Source: Sphingomonadales bacterium (lineage in GTDB: Bacteria > Pseudomonadota > Alphaproteobacteria > Sphingomonadales > Sphingomonadaceae). From it: 64,000 bases of DNA. Below, in pieces: positions 31,943-41,536 of this stretch. The position numbers and the translations under genes were made by a program. The DNA lies in NCBI GenBank assembly GCA_043760405.1, contig JAYUPB010000090.1:208-64207 (forward strand), written 5' to 3'. Under the pieces are notes generated by a model. That model was given only the letters and a program-made list of their open reading frames with translations. It was not told the DNA's origin and searched no databases. How positions within the stretch are numbered: the first letter of the stretch is position 1; each line of letters begins with the position of its first letter.

Positions 31943-32725
31943 ATGCGAAAAGCTATCAGCGAGCGGCAGAGCGCTATTTTGACACTCGTTAAAAATCAGG
32001 GCTTTGTTGCGACTGAACAGCTTGTCGATCATTTCAATGTAACCCCGCAAACTATCCGCCGTGATATCAACATTTTGTGCCAACACAGCCTGTTACAGCG
32101 GTTTCACGGCGGTGCCGGGCAACCGACGAGTGTCGAAAATGATTCCTATCAAAACCGTCTGCGCACTTTTGTTGATGCCAAGCATGATATTGCCACACAC
32201 GTTGCGGCGCATATCCCAAACGGAAGTTCAATTTTTCTTCATAATGGCACCACAACTGAAATGGTCGCGCAAGCATTGACCAACCATAAAAACCTTAAGA
32301 TCGTTACAAATAACCTAAATGTAGCAATGATTTTTTCAAAAAATCAGGATTTTGATGTCATGATTGCTGGTGGCCAATTACGTAAAAGAGACAACGGAAT
32401 TATTGGCCCGGCAACAACTGAATTTATTAAGCAATTTCGATTAGATTTTGGGATTATTGGCGTCAGTGGTATTGATCATGACGGATCATTACTTGATTTT
32501 GATTATCAAGAAACAAAAAATGCAGAAGCCATTATTGCAAATTCGCATGAAACAATATTGGTCGCCGATCATAGCAAGTTCGGACTCCGCGCGATGACGC
32601 GTTTTGGCCACCTTTCGCAAATTGACTGGCTTTATACTGATGAAAATCCGCCCGAAGGTTTTCTAAGCATTATCGCAGCAAGCGGCGTCGACATAAAAAT
32701 TTGCTCGAATGCGACGCAATCCTAG
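31943..32725 (+). CDS. DeoR/GlpR-family transcriptional regulator
   Basis: N-terminal HTH (RQSAILTLVKNQGFVATEQLVDHFNVTPQTIRRDINIL) plus a DeoR C-terminal sensor domain. Confidence 0.9.
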   Translation: MRKAISERQSAILTLVKNQGFVATEQLVDHFNVTPQTIRRDINILCQHSLLQRFHGGAGQPTSVENDSYQNRLRTFVDAKHDIATHVAAHIPNGSSIFLHNGTTTEMVAQALTNHKNLKIVTNNLNVAMIFSKNQDFDVMIAGGQLRKRDNGIIGPATTEFIKQFRLDFGIIGVSGIDHDGSLLDFDYQETKNAEAIIANSHETILVADHSKFGLRAMTRFGHLSQIDWLYTDENPPEGFLSIIAASGVDIKICSNATQS

Positions 32726-32752
32726 ATCAATAATTCATGCTATTTTTCCATT

Positions 32753-32782
32753 GCGAACCTTCGATGTTCGCTTTAGAACCTT
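32753..32782. promoter_or_regulatory. Candidate operator upstream of the TonB receptor
   Basis: GCGAAC-N7-GTTCGC inverted repeat at 32753-32771. GAACCTT direct repeat at 32755 and 32776 (21-bp spacing). ATGTTCG is shared with 31911-31918 (reverse strand) in the DeoR/SSF divergent region. Confidence 0.3.
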
Positions 32783-32875
32783 TTGGGTATGATTGATATT
32801 TGTGAGTAGGGACGCGTAAAAATAGCGGCCTGATTGTAGCGTAAGAATTAAAAACAAAATTTAGTGGAGGATAAA

Positions 32876-35647
32876 ATGCGCATTAAAACAAAATTATTTA
32901 CGGGCGTGGTGTTTGGGCTGTCCCTGACAACAGCTGCATTTGCACAAGACGCTGCAAAGCCTGACGCGTCAGCCGCCGAGGGCGAAGAAATTATCGTAAC
33001 AGGTATTCGGGGAAGTTTGAGCAATTCTGCTGCTATTAAGCGCAATTCAAACACGATCGTTGATGCCATCAGCACCGAAGATCTCGGGAAATTCCCAGAT
33101 TCCAACGTTGCTGAATCATTACAGCGCATTCCGGGCGTTGCGATTGATCGCAGCAATGGTGAAGGTCGCTTTGTAACTGTGCGCGGTTTTGGTCCTGCGT
33201 TTAACACAGTGCTGGTCAATGGCCGCACTTTTGCAAGCGACAATCAAGGGCGTGAGTTTAGTTTCGATCTTCTGGCAGCTGAGTTGATCAGCGGCGCTGA
33301 AGTCTTCAAAAGTTCGCAAGCGCAATTGCAGGACGGCGGCATTGGCGCCACGTTGAATGTTAAAACACCGCGCCCCCTCGAATTGGGCGGCTTCAAGGCT
33401 GTGTTCTCAGGCAAAGGACTTTATGAGCGCAACAGCGGCAACATCACCCCGCAGGTTTTTGGCCTGATCAGTGATACTTTTGCTGACGGAACCATCGGAA
33501 TCTTGGCGGCTATCTCCTATCAGAAGCGCGATTCCCAGGTTCGCTTCACGCAGAACCGCGGTTATCTGCCAGGATCAACGGTTGGTCCAACGGGTGCGCC
33601 ATTGTTCACAAACGTGTACGCACCGCGCAACCAAGACGCAGGCCAAGATACGCAATCACGCGAACGGATTGGTTTCAACGCAACAGCGCAGTTCAAACCT
33701 GTCGATCAGCTGACGCTGACCGTCGACGGACTGTATAATAAATTTGACGTCAATTCCCGCGTGGAATCACTCGGCAGTTGGTTTGAACCGTCAAGCTACA
33801 CGGCTGCGACAATTGACAGCAACCGCACAGTCACATCCTTGACGACAAACGGTGTTGGCGATCTTATCCAGACATCCAATAACCGTTTTGTGAAAACCCG
33901 CGCGCTAGGTGGTAATTTGGCATGGGAGGTTAACAGCAACCTCACCGTCAAACTCGACGCCTCTTGGTCAAAAGCAACTGATGATGCTGGCGGCAAAAAT
34001 TATTTCACAGTCATCGGCATTCCCAGCCGATATACGTTCCAACAAGCAACGGGGAATGGCTTTCCATCAACAATAAACTATACGGGCAATCTGACAAATC
34101 CAGCACTTGGCCGCACGCACATTGCCCTGCGGAATGGCAATGATGAAGCGGAACGGATATTCGAATATAAATTGGATACCGAATGGAGATCAGATGGCGG
34201 CGTTTTGGATGCTGTCCGCTTCGGCCTTGTCAATACCAACCGCAACAAAAGCAGCCAGACGATTGCCACGAGCGGCAATACACTGTGCCTCTACTGCGGT
34301 TACAACGAAACATCCTCAGCGGCTCTTTTAAGCCCGTTGGTTTTGGGGCGTTTTCTTGGCAGTAACGGGTCCGTTCCGACGACATTCCAGCGTTATGATG
34401 CCAATGCCTATTTCGCATTTTTGGAAAGCCCCGCCCAGGCCGCAGCACGTGACTTAGCCCGCGGCCTGACACCCGGAACCACAGCAGCCTTGCTGGCGGC
34501 AACCAATGGCTATGCAGCTGCTGTGCAGCCAAATTCGTTCGCGATTAAAGAAAAAGTCTATGCGGGTTATCTCGACACTGACTTTAAAGGTGAGCTGGGA
34601 TCGATGCCGTGGGTTGTCAACATTGGCGCTCGCTACATGCACACTGAACTTGAGGCACAGGGTCAGCAGTTGAACTTGACTGACTTGTTGCCCGTGCTCG
34701 GTGATCCGACCATCTACCAAGGTGTGTTTGCGAATGGCGGCGTTGCTCAAGTGACCACCAAGAAATCAAACTATGATTATTTCTTGCCGAGCCTGAACAT
34801 CAAAATCAACTTGACGGATGATATTGTCGCACGCTTCTCTGCGTCGAAAACAGTCACGCGTCCACAAGTACGTGATTTGGCACCGCGCACAAACTTCGAC
34901 GTTTTGCGTCCAGCAGGACTAGACGCCAGTGGTGGTAACCCAGATCTGAAACCGTATACGTCAAACAATTTTGATCTGTCATTTGAATGGTATCCCACAC
35001 GGACAACAACTGTGTCGGCAGCGATTTATTACAAACACATCAAAGATTTCATTGTGCAAACACGCGCAAATGAAAACTTCACTATCGCCAATGCTGGTAA
35101 TTTACCGATCGGACGGGGCATAACCGGTCCCAATACCGCAACGTTTAGTGTGCGTCGTCCACGAAATGCAGAGAGTGCGAATGTACGCGGGCTTGAACTC
35201 AATCTTGTTCACACATTTGATTATTTGCCTTCCCCACTGGATGGCTTTGGAACAACACTCAACGCTACTTTTGTAAGCAGCAACGCAACATTTGATACGG
35301 GGACAACCAACACAGCCTTCGCTGTTGAAGGCCTTGGTAACAGTTACAATGCTTCGATCTTCTATGAAAAGAGCGGCTTTTCTGGCCGTGTGGCATGGAA
35401 CCGGCGCGGTCGTTTCCTTGAAGCGGTGGTCACACCGGGTCAGGGTGGAGACCCTGTTTTCCGGCGTGCCTTCAGCCAGATTGATATGCGCGCAAGCTAT
35501 GACGTGTTCAAATATGCTCAAATCTTTGTTGAAGGCACCAATGTTTTCAACGCACGCAACATAACGACAGGGCGTTTTGACAATCAGGTTCTGGATTATG
35601 TTGATACCGGTGCACGTTATGCAGCCGGTGTACGCATTACCTTCTAA
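32876..35647 (+). CDS. TonB-dependent receptor
   Basis: GGAGG SD then ATG at 32876, a signal peptide ending AFAQ, a plug domain (NTIVDAISTEDLGKFPDSNVAESLQRIPGV) and a C-terminal ...GVRITF. Confidence 0.9.
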   Translation: MRIKTKLFTGVVFGLSLTTAAFAQDAAKPDASAAEGEEIIVTGIRGSLSNSAAIKRNSNTIVDAISTEDLGKFPDSNVAESLQRIPGVAIDRSNGEGRFVTVRGFGPAFNTVLVNGRTFASDNQGREFSFDLLAAELISGAEVFKSSQAQLQDGGIGATLNVKTPRPLELGGFKAVFSGKGLYERNSGNITPQVFGLISDTFADGTIGILAAISYQKRDSQVRFTQNRGYLPGSTVGPTGAPLFTNVYAPRNQDAGQDTQSRERIGFNATAQFKPVDQLTLTVDGLYNKFDVNSRVESLGSWFEPSSYTAATIDSNRTVTSLTTNGVGDLIQTSNNRFVKTRALGGNLAWEVNSNLTVKLDASWSKATDDAGGKNYFTVIGIPSRYTFQQATGNGFPSTINYTGNLTNPALGRTHIALRNGNDEAERIFEYKLDTEWRSDGGVLDAVRFGLVNTNRNKSSQTIATSGNTLCLYCGYNETSSAALLSPLVLGRFLGSNGSVPTTFQRYDANAYFAFLESPAQAAARDLARGLTPGTTAALLAATNGYAAAVQPNSFAIKEKVYAGYLDTDFKGELGSMPWVVNIGARYMHTELEAQGQQLNLTDLLPVLGDPTIYQGVFANGGVAQVTTKKSNYDYFLPSLNIKINLTDDIVARFSASKTVTRPQVRDLAPRTNFDVLRPAGLDASGGNPDLKPYTSNNFDLSFEWYPTRTTTVSAAIYYKHIKDFIVQTRANENFTIANAGNLPIGRGITGPNTATFSVRRPRNAESANVRGLELNLVHTFDYLPSPLDGFGTTLNATFVSSNATFDTGTTNTAFAVEGLGNSYNASIFYEKSGFSGRVAWNRRGRFLEAVVTPGQGGDPVFRRAFSQIDMRASYDVFKYAQIFVEGTNVFNARNITTGRFDNQVLDYVDTGARYAAGVRITF

Positions 35648-35669
35648 ACTGATCTTTATTGATCTTTTT

Positions 35670-35708
35670 GCCCTTCTTTGGACATGGTCCAGAGAAGGGC
35701 ATTTTTTT
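35670..35708 (+). terminator. Rho-independent terminator after the TonB receptor
   Basis: GCCCTTCT (35670-35677) pairs with AGAAGGGC (35693-35700), followed by ATTTTTTT. Confidence 0.65.
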
Positions 35709-35751
35709 GGGCAACGAAAATGCTGTTTCAACGTATGAGGTTGGGGATCAC

Positions 35752-37092
35752 ATGATGAAAATGAGATATTTTATGGCAATAGCGCTCGGCCTTCTTTCCG
35801 GAACCGCCTTGTCACAGCCCACGGCAACCCAACCTTATGCAATCCCGCCGATGGATGCGCCATTACTCGCCGCATTGGGCGTGGATAAAATCGGGACAAT
35901 GCGCGGCGAAGTTATGTCACCGAACACCGTCACGTTGACCAACAAGGGCGTAATCCGCGCGCCGCGCACCATAAAGTACCGTATATGGTATCCTGCTAGA
36001 ACGACGCCGGAGGCCATCAAAGCGCGGTTCACGCATATCCTTCCAAAACCCAACGGACAGGGAGCGCCTTTCACGATCCCGAGCATCGCATTTGACAATG
36101 CGGCTGTTGCGGATGGCGACCGTCATCCCTTGGTGATTGTTTCGCACGGCTATAATGGCTGGGACAGCTTCATGACCTGGCTGACTGAGAATTTGGCAAC
36201 CAAGGGCTATATTGTTGTTGCCATTGACCACGGTGATCAGCGCGCAGTTGCTGGGCCCGATCTTGCTCTGTCATTCGGAAATGTTCTGATTAACCGCGCC
36301 GCAGACCAACGCGCGGTGATCCATCATTTCACAACACGCGCGGCAGATCGCAAAGACCAGCTGGGCAAACGCATTGATACGAATAAGATTGGCCTCATTG
36401 GTTACTCCATGGGGAGTTTTGGCGTTCTCGCGACGGCGGGTATGGATTATGATGCTGACAGTGCTGTGTTCAAACAATTGCCTGCTGAAGCCAAAGCCGC
36501 AATTTTCGAGAGCCAAGAAAAAGGCAGGGCCCTGACCGCGCGTGTCAAAGCCGTTGTCGCGCTGGCCCCATTTGGCGGACGACCAGAAAGCCGTGTATGG
36601 GCCGCTGATACAGTCGCGAATTTCACGAAACCAACATTGGTTATCGGTGGTAGTGATGATGATATTGTTGACGCAAAGCACGGCGTGTCATGGATATTTG
36701 AGACGATGGCATCGAATGAACGGCATTTCCTGTCCTTCCTCAATGCGCGTCACAATGTAGGTGGAAACCCGCCGCCGCCAGAAGCAGATGATGACTTCTC
36801 GGCTCGTGAGTATTTTGCAGAGCCCGTGTGGCGGGCCGAACGCATCAATGCGATTAATCAGCACTTCATCACAGCGTTTCTCGATCTCAATCTAAAAGGG
36901 GACACGACAAAAGCTGCATTCCTAAATGTCTCACCGCAGAGTGCGGGAGAGGGCGTATGGCCACTCGCTCCGTTTGAAAATATTGGCGGCAGAACAGCTT
37001 CTGATAAAGAAACAGGGTTTTGGCGCGGCTTTCAAAGGCGCTGGGCGCTGGGCCTGGAAATGCGACACGGCAGTCCTGGCGGGGCCCGATAG
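35752..37092 (+). CDS. Secreted alpha/beta hydrolase (dienelactone hydrolase / PAF-acetylhydrolase-like)
   Basis: Signal peptide (LLSGTALSQP), nucleophile elbow GYSMGS and a late His (NARHNVGG). Confidence 0.75.
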   Translation: MMKMRYFMAIALGLLSGTALSQPTATQPYAIPPMDAPLLAALGVDKIGTMRGEVMSPNTVTLTNKGVIRAPRTIKYRIWYPARTTPEAIKARFTHILPKPNGQGAPFTIPSIAFDNAAVADGDRHPLVIVSHGYNGWDSFMTWLTENLATKGYIVVAIDHGDQRAVAGPDLALSFGNVLINRAADQRAVIHHFTTRAADRKDQLGKRIDTNKIGLIGYSMGSFGVLATAGMDYDADSAVFKQLPAEAKAAIFESQEKGRALTARVKAVVALAPFGGRPESRVWAADTVANFTKPTLVIGGSDDDIVDAKHGVSWIFETMASNERHFLSFLNARHNVGGNPPPPEADDDFSAREYFAEPVWRAERINAINQHFITAFLDLNLKGDTTKAAFLNVSPQSAGEGVWPLAPFENIGGRTASDKETGFWRGFQRRWALGLEMRHGSPGGAR

Positions 37093-37101
37093 CATTCGTT
37101 G

Positions 37102-37845
37102 CTAAAGGGTCTCCATCTCGGTGATAAAATGGATCAATTTTTGAGTCGACTGCATGTTATGCAGCTGCTGAATGCGATTTATCTGCGCCATCGCGTTGAT
37201 GACAATATGGATTTTGTCCAGAAACTCGCGCCGTTGTAAATCAAGGATTACGGGATCGTCTAACGCTTTCACCTTGGTCGGGTGGATAGAATATAGGCCA
37301 TCGATACTCTCTTCATCACCATTTTCAAAAACCAAGGTGACCGAAAGTGGCCGGATCAAATCTAATGAAACAAGAAACGCGACGAAGACATTCGCGGCTT
37401 TGAGATCGCCGCGACGATAGTCGAGCATCGCACGGATACGCGCCAATTCCGGTGTATCGCTGCCATCCTCTGAAAAAAGCGCGGCTCCAGTATCGGTGGA
37501 GATAAGGTTGCTTTCCTCATCAATACACAGCAGTTGGTCTGGCCCAGCATCATAAAAAGGTGCTGCTAAGACAGTCAGAGGCAGATAGGTGGCTTGCCAC
37601 CCCCCATTGACTGCAAAAAGACTTGTGCCAGGTTTTAACCCAAATAGCGCAATCAGCCTGAAGTGCCCGCTGTCGATGTCTTTCATAAACAGCAAAGGAT
37701 AGTCAGTGGCAGCAACCCCGATTTCACTCAAACCAATTTGGGCGTGATTAAGATGGCGCGCGGAGGCAATATCGAGCCCAGGCATGAGCCGAACATCGCG
37801 GTGCCGTGATGAACTGAGTCGTGAAAGCGTGGTGGTATTTTTCAA
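37102..37845 (-). CDS. SapC-family protein
   Basis: 247 aa. The pattern (YPLLFMKD...FRLIALFGL..., ...YLPLTVLAAPF) matches SapC-related proteins that accompany TonB receptors and halogenase-like genes. The ATGA start overlaps the upstream gene. Confidence 0.75.
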   Translation of the reverse strand: MKNTTTLSRLSSSRHRDVRLMPGLDIASARHLNHAQIGLSEIGVAATDYPLLFMKDIDSGHFRLIALFGLKPGTSLFAVNGGWQATYLPLTVLAAPFYDAGPDQLLCIDEESNLISTDTGAALFSEDGSDTPELARIRAMLDYRRGDLKAANVFVAFLVSLDLIRPLSVTLVFENGDEESIDGLYSIHPTKVKALDDPVILDLQRREFLDKIHIVINAMAQINRIQQLHNMQSTQKLIHFITEMETL

Positions 37846-39416
37846 ACTGACTGCAACCCATATTGACGAATTTTATTCAAAAGCTCGCGGTGCATCGGCA
37901 TTTCTGCAACTGATTTCTGCCGTGATTGCGCGACGGCAGCAAAACAGCGTTTCGCCAATTGTTCGTCATACCCTGAATTTAATGGGTCTGCATAATGGGA
38001 TTCAAATCCCATCCCGTGCAAAACATATTGATAACTGGGCCATGAAAAAATTTCCTTCTGATACGGGAAATCTTGGCCACTTGGCGGATGATATCGCCAA
38101 AGTTCAAGGCGCTCTTTTAGGCCATCGGGAATAGAATTTGGATCCTGATTATCCCGCCAAAACGCTGTATCATTCCGTTTGGTCAGAACATAGTGAAGTT
38201 TCAGAAACTCAATAATACGCTCCCAATGATGGGTGAAGGCAGCGTTGAACTGCTTTGAAAGCGTATCCATCGCGCACCGGTTTTCAGGGAGCCGGTCTGC
38301 AATAAAATCAACCGCTGTTTCTATCAGCATCAATGCTGATGCCTCTAACGGCTCTAAAAATCCATTGGATAGGCCGACAGCAACACAGTTTTTTACCCAG
38401 AATGTCTGGCGGTGGCCGCCACGAATTTTGATCCGGCGTGTTACGCCGTCCTTACCGACAGGTCCAAGATAGCGGCGCAACGTCGCCTCCGCTTCATCAT
38501 GGCTGGTATGATTGCTGGAATAGACGTAGCCCGTACCACGCCGTGTTGGCAGGCCAATGTCCCATATCCACCCTGCATCTTGTGCCGTGGATATAGTATG
38601 GGTCGCGATGGGAGCGTCCTCTCGCTCATAAGGCACCTGCAATGCCAAAGCATGATCGGCAAATAATATGTCATTGCAGTCGATAAAGGGAACACCGTAA
38701 ACGCCCTCGATCATCAAAGCTGCGAACCCAGAGCAATCGACGAACAGATCACCCTCGATGCAACCATTGCTTTTGGTGTTGACCCCTGAAATATCACCAC
38801 CTTCAGATTGATTGATTGTCGTGACATCGTCGATGATATGATGCACACCTAATTTTTTTACGCTAAAATCACGTAATAACGTGGCAAATTTGACTGCATC
38901 TAAATGATAAGCATAATTTGCCAATCCACCATATTCTGGGCTGGTAATCGATTTCGGCGCGCGGCCCGCGTCGCATAGCGCCGCCTGAAAATCGACTGCA
39001 TTGGCAAAATCAAGCCCGCCCTGCTCTTCTGTCCGCACCCAATGGCTCGACAGGTTGATTTGGGTTGCGGCATGGGGTGGATTGAGCGGGTGGTAATATC
39101 CATCCTGCGCGGTGCCATTGGTCCATCCGACAAACTTTGCACCTTGCTTAAAAGCACCATCACAGTGACGGATGAATTCGGTTTCCGATATACCAATTTT
39201 TTTAAGCGTATTGCGCATCGTCGGCCATGTGCCCTCACCAACACCGATGGTTCCAATGGTCGCAGACTCTATCAAAGTGACCCGCACACTTTCTGGATGA
39301 GCCGTGCAATTTCTAGCAGCGATCCGTGCCGCTGCAATCCAACCCGCACTGCCACCGCCGACGATCACAATATTCTTAACGCGCTTGTCCATTGCACTCT
39401 CCTGATGCAGAAACAC
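37842..39416 (-). CDS. Tryptophan-halogenase-family FAD-dependent protein
   Basis: GGGSAGW (GxGxxG), GVGEGTWP, a candidate catalytic Lys in CDGAFKQGAKFVGW, and a variant WxWxI motif (GWIWDIGLP). Confidence 0.85.
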   Translation of the reverse strand: MFLHQESAMDKRVKNIVIVGGGSAGWIAAARIAARNCTAHPESVRVTLIESATIGTIGVGEGTWPTMRNTLKKIGISETEFIRHCDGAFKQGAKFVGWTNGTAQDGYYHPLNPPHAATQINLSSHWVRTEEQGGLDFANAVDFQAALCDAGRAPKSITSPEYGGLANYAYHLDAVKFATLLRDFSVKKLGVHHIIDDVTTINQSEGGDISGVNTKSNGCIEGDLFVDCSGFAALMIEGVYGVPFIDCNDILFADHALALQVPYEREDAPIATHTISTAQDAGWIWDIGLPTRRGTGYVYSSNHTSHDEAEATLRRYLGPVGKDGVTRRIKIRGGHRQTFWVKNCVAVGLSNGFLEPLEASALMLIETAVDFIADRLPENRCAMDTLSKQFNAAFTHHWERIIEFLKLHYVLTKRNDTAFWRDNQDPNSIPDGLKERLELWRYHPPSGQDFPYQKEIFSWPSYQYVLHGMGFESHYADPLNSGYDEQLAKRCFAAVAQSRQKSVAEMPMHRELLNKIRQYGLQSV

Positions 39417-39560
39417 TATACAGCGCGGTGCTGTTTACTCCATCTTTTTCAACTGTGTAAGTAAGGTTTTGTTGATCCTATTCCAGCAAGATTTCAAATA
39501 TTTCTCCAACCGTTTAAAGGCTTTGGATATGCCCCAACAGGCTGCGCTGGAACGGCGAAT

Positions 39561-39977
39561 TTATGCCAGAAAAGCAAAGCAGTCAGGGAAGCATGACAAA
39601 AAGTCAAAGGCGGTACGCATAGTGTTCACTCCTGCAGCAATCTGATGGTAAACGCGGGGCGTGGCCCGAACGCGGTGGCGTTGCGAAGCGAAGGGTTCGC
39701 CCCCATTACCGCGCACAGAAGCTCTGGCAAAACCGTCAAAGCACGCCGTGTACCGCCAATGGCCGAAAAGCAATTTGCCTTCTGGCAAAGACGCTTCAAT
39801 CTCTCCGATCAGCAACGCACCATCTCCGCCGCCCAATTTGATCGCAGTTCGTTTTGGTCGCACGGGATTGTTCGGAACACCGTCCAGAATGGCAGCCCTC
39901 AGAACCCAACCTTTTGTGGGTGCATGTGCGAGTCGGGCACCGAGCGATGTGGAGGGAAAGATTGACAGTCCATTCAA
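39561..39977 (-). pseudogene. Remnant of an OprB-family carbohydrate porin (internal fragment)
   Basis: AAILDGVPNNP...GALLIGEIEA...GKLLFGHWRYTACFDGF resembles the mid-region of OprB-like porins (recalled). Only about 90 porin-like residues remain. There is no signal peptide and no C-terminal aromatic residue, and the fragment is wedged between two operons. Confidence 0.35.
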
Positions 39978-40031
39978 CCCGCTTTGGCTGATGTCAGTGC
40001 CGATGCCGTGTGCGCTCCCGACATCTTAACG

Positions 40032-41069
40032 TCATGCGGCTTGTTTCCATAAGCCCAGCTTCTGCTGAGTCGCGCGGTCAGAGTAGCTGAAGAGTATCAG
40101 ATTAGACGCTGCATCGATCCGCCGCCTTGCCCAACTTGGAACGACGACGACATCGCGGGGACCAATGGGGAAAGCCTGATCGTTAATGTGAATGATCCCG
40201 GTGCCTTCGACGCCTACAAAAATCAGCCCATCGGTCGATTGCTGTCCCTCACCCACGAACCCACTCGGCAGTAATTGGCAGAATGCTGATATGGTGTTCA
40301 TTACTGGGCCGCCGTCCACTGGATTGGTAAACTCCATCAGCATGCCGTCGTGCGCATCAACGTCGGAATTCTGTGCCGATTGGAACAACGCCGCGCGCCA
40401 CTGTTCAAACGGATAATGAAAAAGTGGGGCGGCGACGGTCGATTCACCACCGCCCCGCACTGGCTTCAGGTTCGCGCCGTAACGCATCTGGCAATCACCC
40501 ACCGAGAGGCGCGTTGAGTGTTGCACGCCGTCCGTCAGTGTTTCGGCAAAGGATGCATCGAGTGCTGTTACCAGCGGAATATCCAGTCCGTCCAGCCAGA
40601 TCATCGGAGCATCACTGTCATTTCCGTGATCATGCCAGCGCCCATTTGGCGTCAGCACCAGATCGAATGGGCGCATGATCGCGCGTTCGCCGTCAACCGC
40701 AGTATAAGCACCTTCACCTTCTATAACGAAGCGCAGCGCAGACTGGCTATGGCGGTGGCACGGGGCAATTTCACCGGGCAGGATCAGTTGCAATCCGGCA
40801 TACAGAGTGCGCGTGATGCTGGCTTTGCCGGGTAATGCTGGATTCTCCAGAATCAGCACACGCCGAACGGCTTCCTCTGCAGAAATAAGCTCACCTGCCT
40901 TCATAAGGATCGGACGGATGGCGTTATAAATCCAACCAAAAGGCACAATTGGTGAGCGTGGCTCAGATGTAACCAGCGCATCGAGCACAGTCCACAACGG
41001 CGCAAGCGCATGCGGCTTAAGGCTGTCATAATAATCGGCCCGCGCCGCGTCCAGATTGGTCTGTGTCAT
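40032..41069 (-). CDS. Gentisate 1,2-dioxygenase (bicupin)
   Basis: LYAGLQLILPGEIAPCHRHSQSALRFVIEGEGAYTAVDGE...WHDHGN, the cupin His ligands. The ATG at 41069 forms an ATGA overlap with the upstream stop. Confidence 0.9.
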   Translation of the reverse strand: MTQTNLDAARADYYDSLKPHALAPLWTVLDALVTSEPRSPIVPFGWIYNAIRPILMKAGELISAEEAVRRVLILENPALPGKASITRTLYAGLQLILPGEIAPCHRHSQSALRFVIEGEGAYTAVDGERAIMRPFDLVLTPNGRWHDHGNDSDAPMIWLDGLDIPLVTALDASFAETLTDGVQHSTRLSVGDCQMRYGANLKPVRGGGESTVAAPLFHYPFEQWRAALFQSAQNSDVDAHDGMLMEFTNPVDGGPVMNTISAFCQLLPSGFVGEGQQSTDGLIFVGVEGTGIIHINDQAFPIGPRDVVVVPSWARRRIDAASNLILFSYSDRATQQKLGLWKQAA

Positions 41070-41536
41070 ATCGGATAGATCAGAGAATTTGGGATGAGTT
41101 CGGTGTCGAACACGCATAATTTGCGTGCAATTTTTATTGAACCGCCTTCATTGACCAACCCATCAATATATCGGCCCACGCTTAAAATATCGGATGGCTG
41201 ATCGCTGTGCGTTCGTACAACCAGATAGTTAGACTCAACCGACCACCCGTTTCCTTCCTCGCGAATGCGCTGGCCGCCGATTATATGGCGCTGGTAATAT
41301 GGAGCGTGATATAATGTTGATGTGACCCCATGAATGCGGTCTTGCAACATCCCTTTGCTTTCGAGCCGGATCGTCGCAAGCGGCAATCCAGCCTCATAAT
41401 TCTCGCGCGGCTGAACAGTGTAACGGCAATCTTCTGCAAATAAGCCTAGCCAATCGTCATAGCGTTGCTCGTCAAGAGCTGCGGCGTAATCCGCATACAC
41501 ATCAGCGATGGCAAAGCGTGTAGAAGCGTCGATCAT
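41066..41536 (-). CDS. Aromatic ring-hydroxylating oxygenase beta subunit (NagH-like)
   Basis: About 156 aa with an SnoaL/NTF2-like beta-subunit pattern (YDDWLGLFAEDCRYTVQPRENY). An ATGA overlap joins it to the alpha subunit. Confidence 0.85.
   Translation of the reverse strand: MIDASTRFAIADVYADYAAALDEQRYDDWLGLFAEDCRYTVQPRENYEAGLPLATIRLESKGMLQDRIHGVTSTLYHAPYYQRHIIGGQRIREEGNGWSVESNYLVVRTHSDQPSDILSVGRYIDGLVNEGGSIKIARKLCVFDTELIPNSLIYPI

Noticed and set aside
39504-39519. Possible eighth LacI-type site (CTCCAACCGTTTAAAG) upstream of the halogenase/SapC operon
   Set aside because: It matches only 8/16 positions to the consensus and the left half-site is essentially absent.
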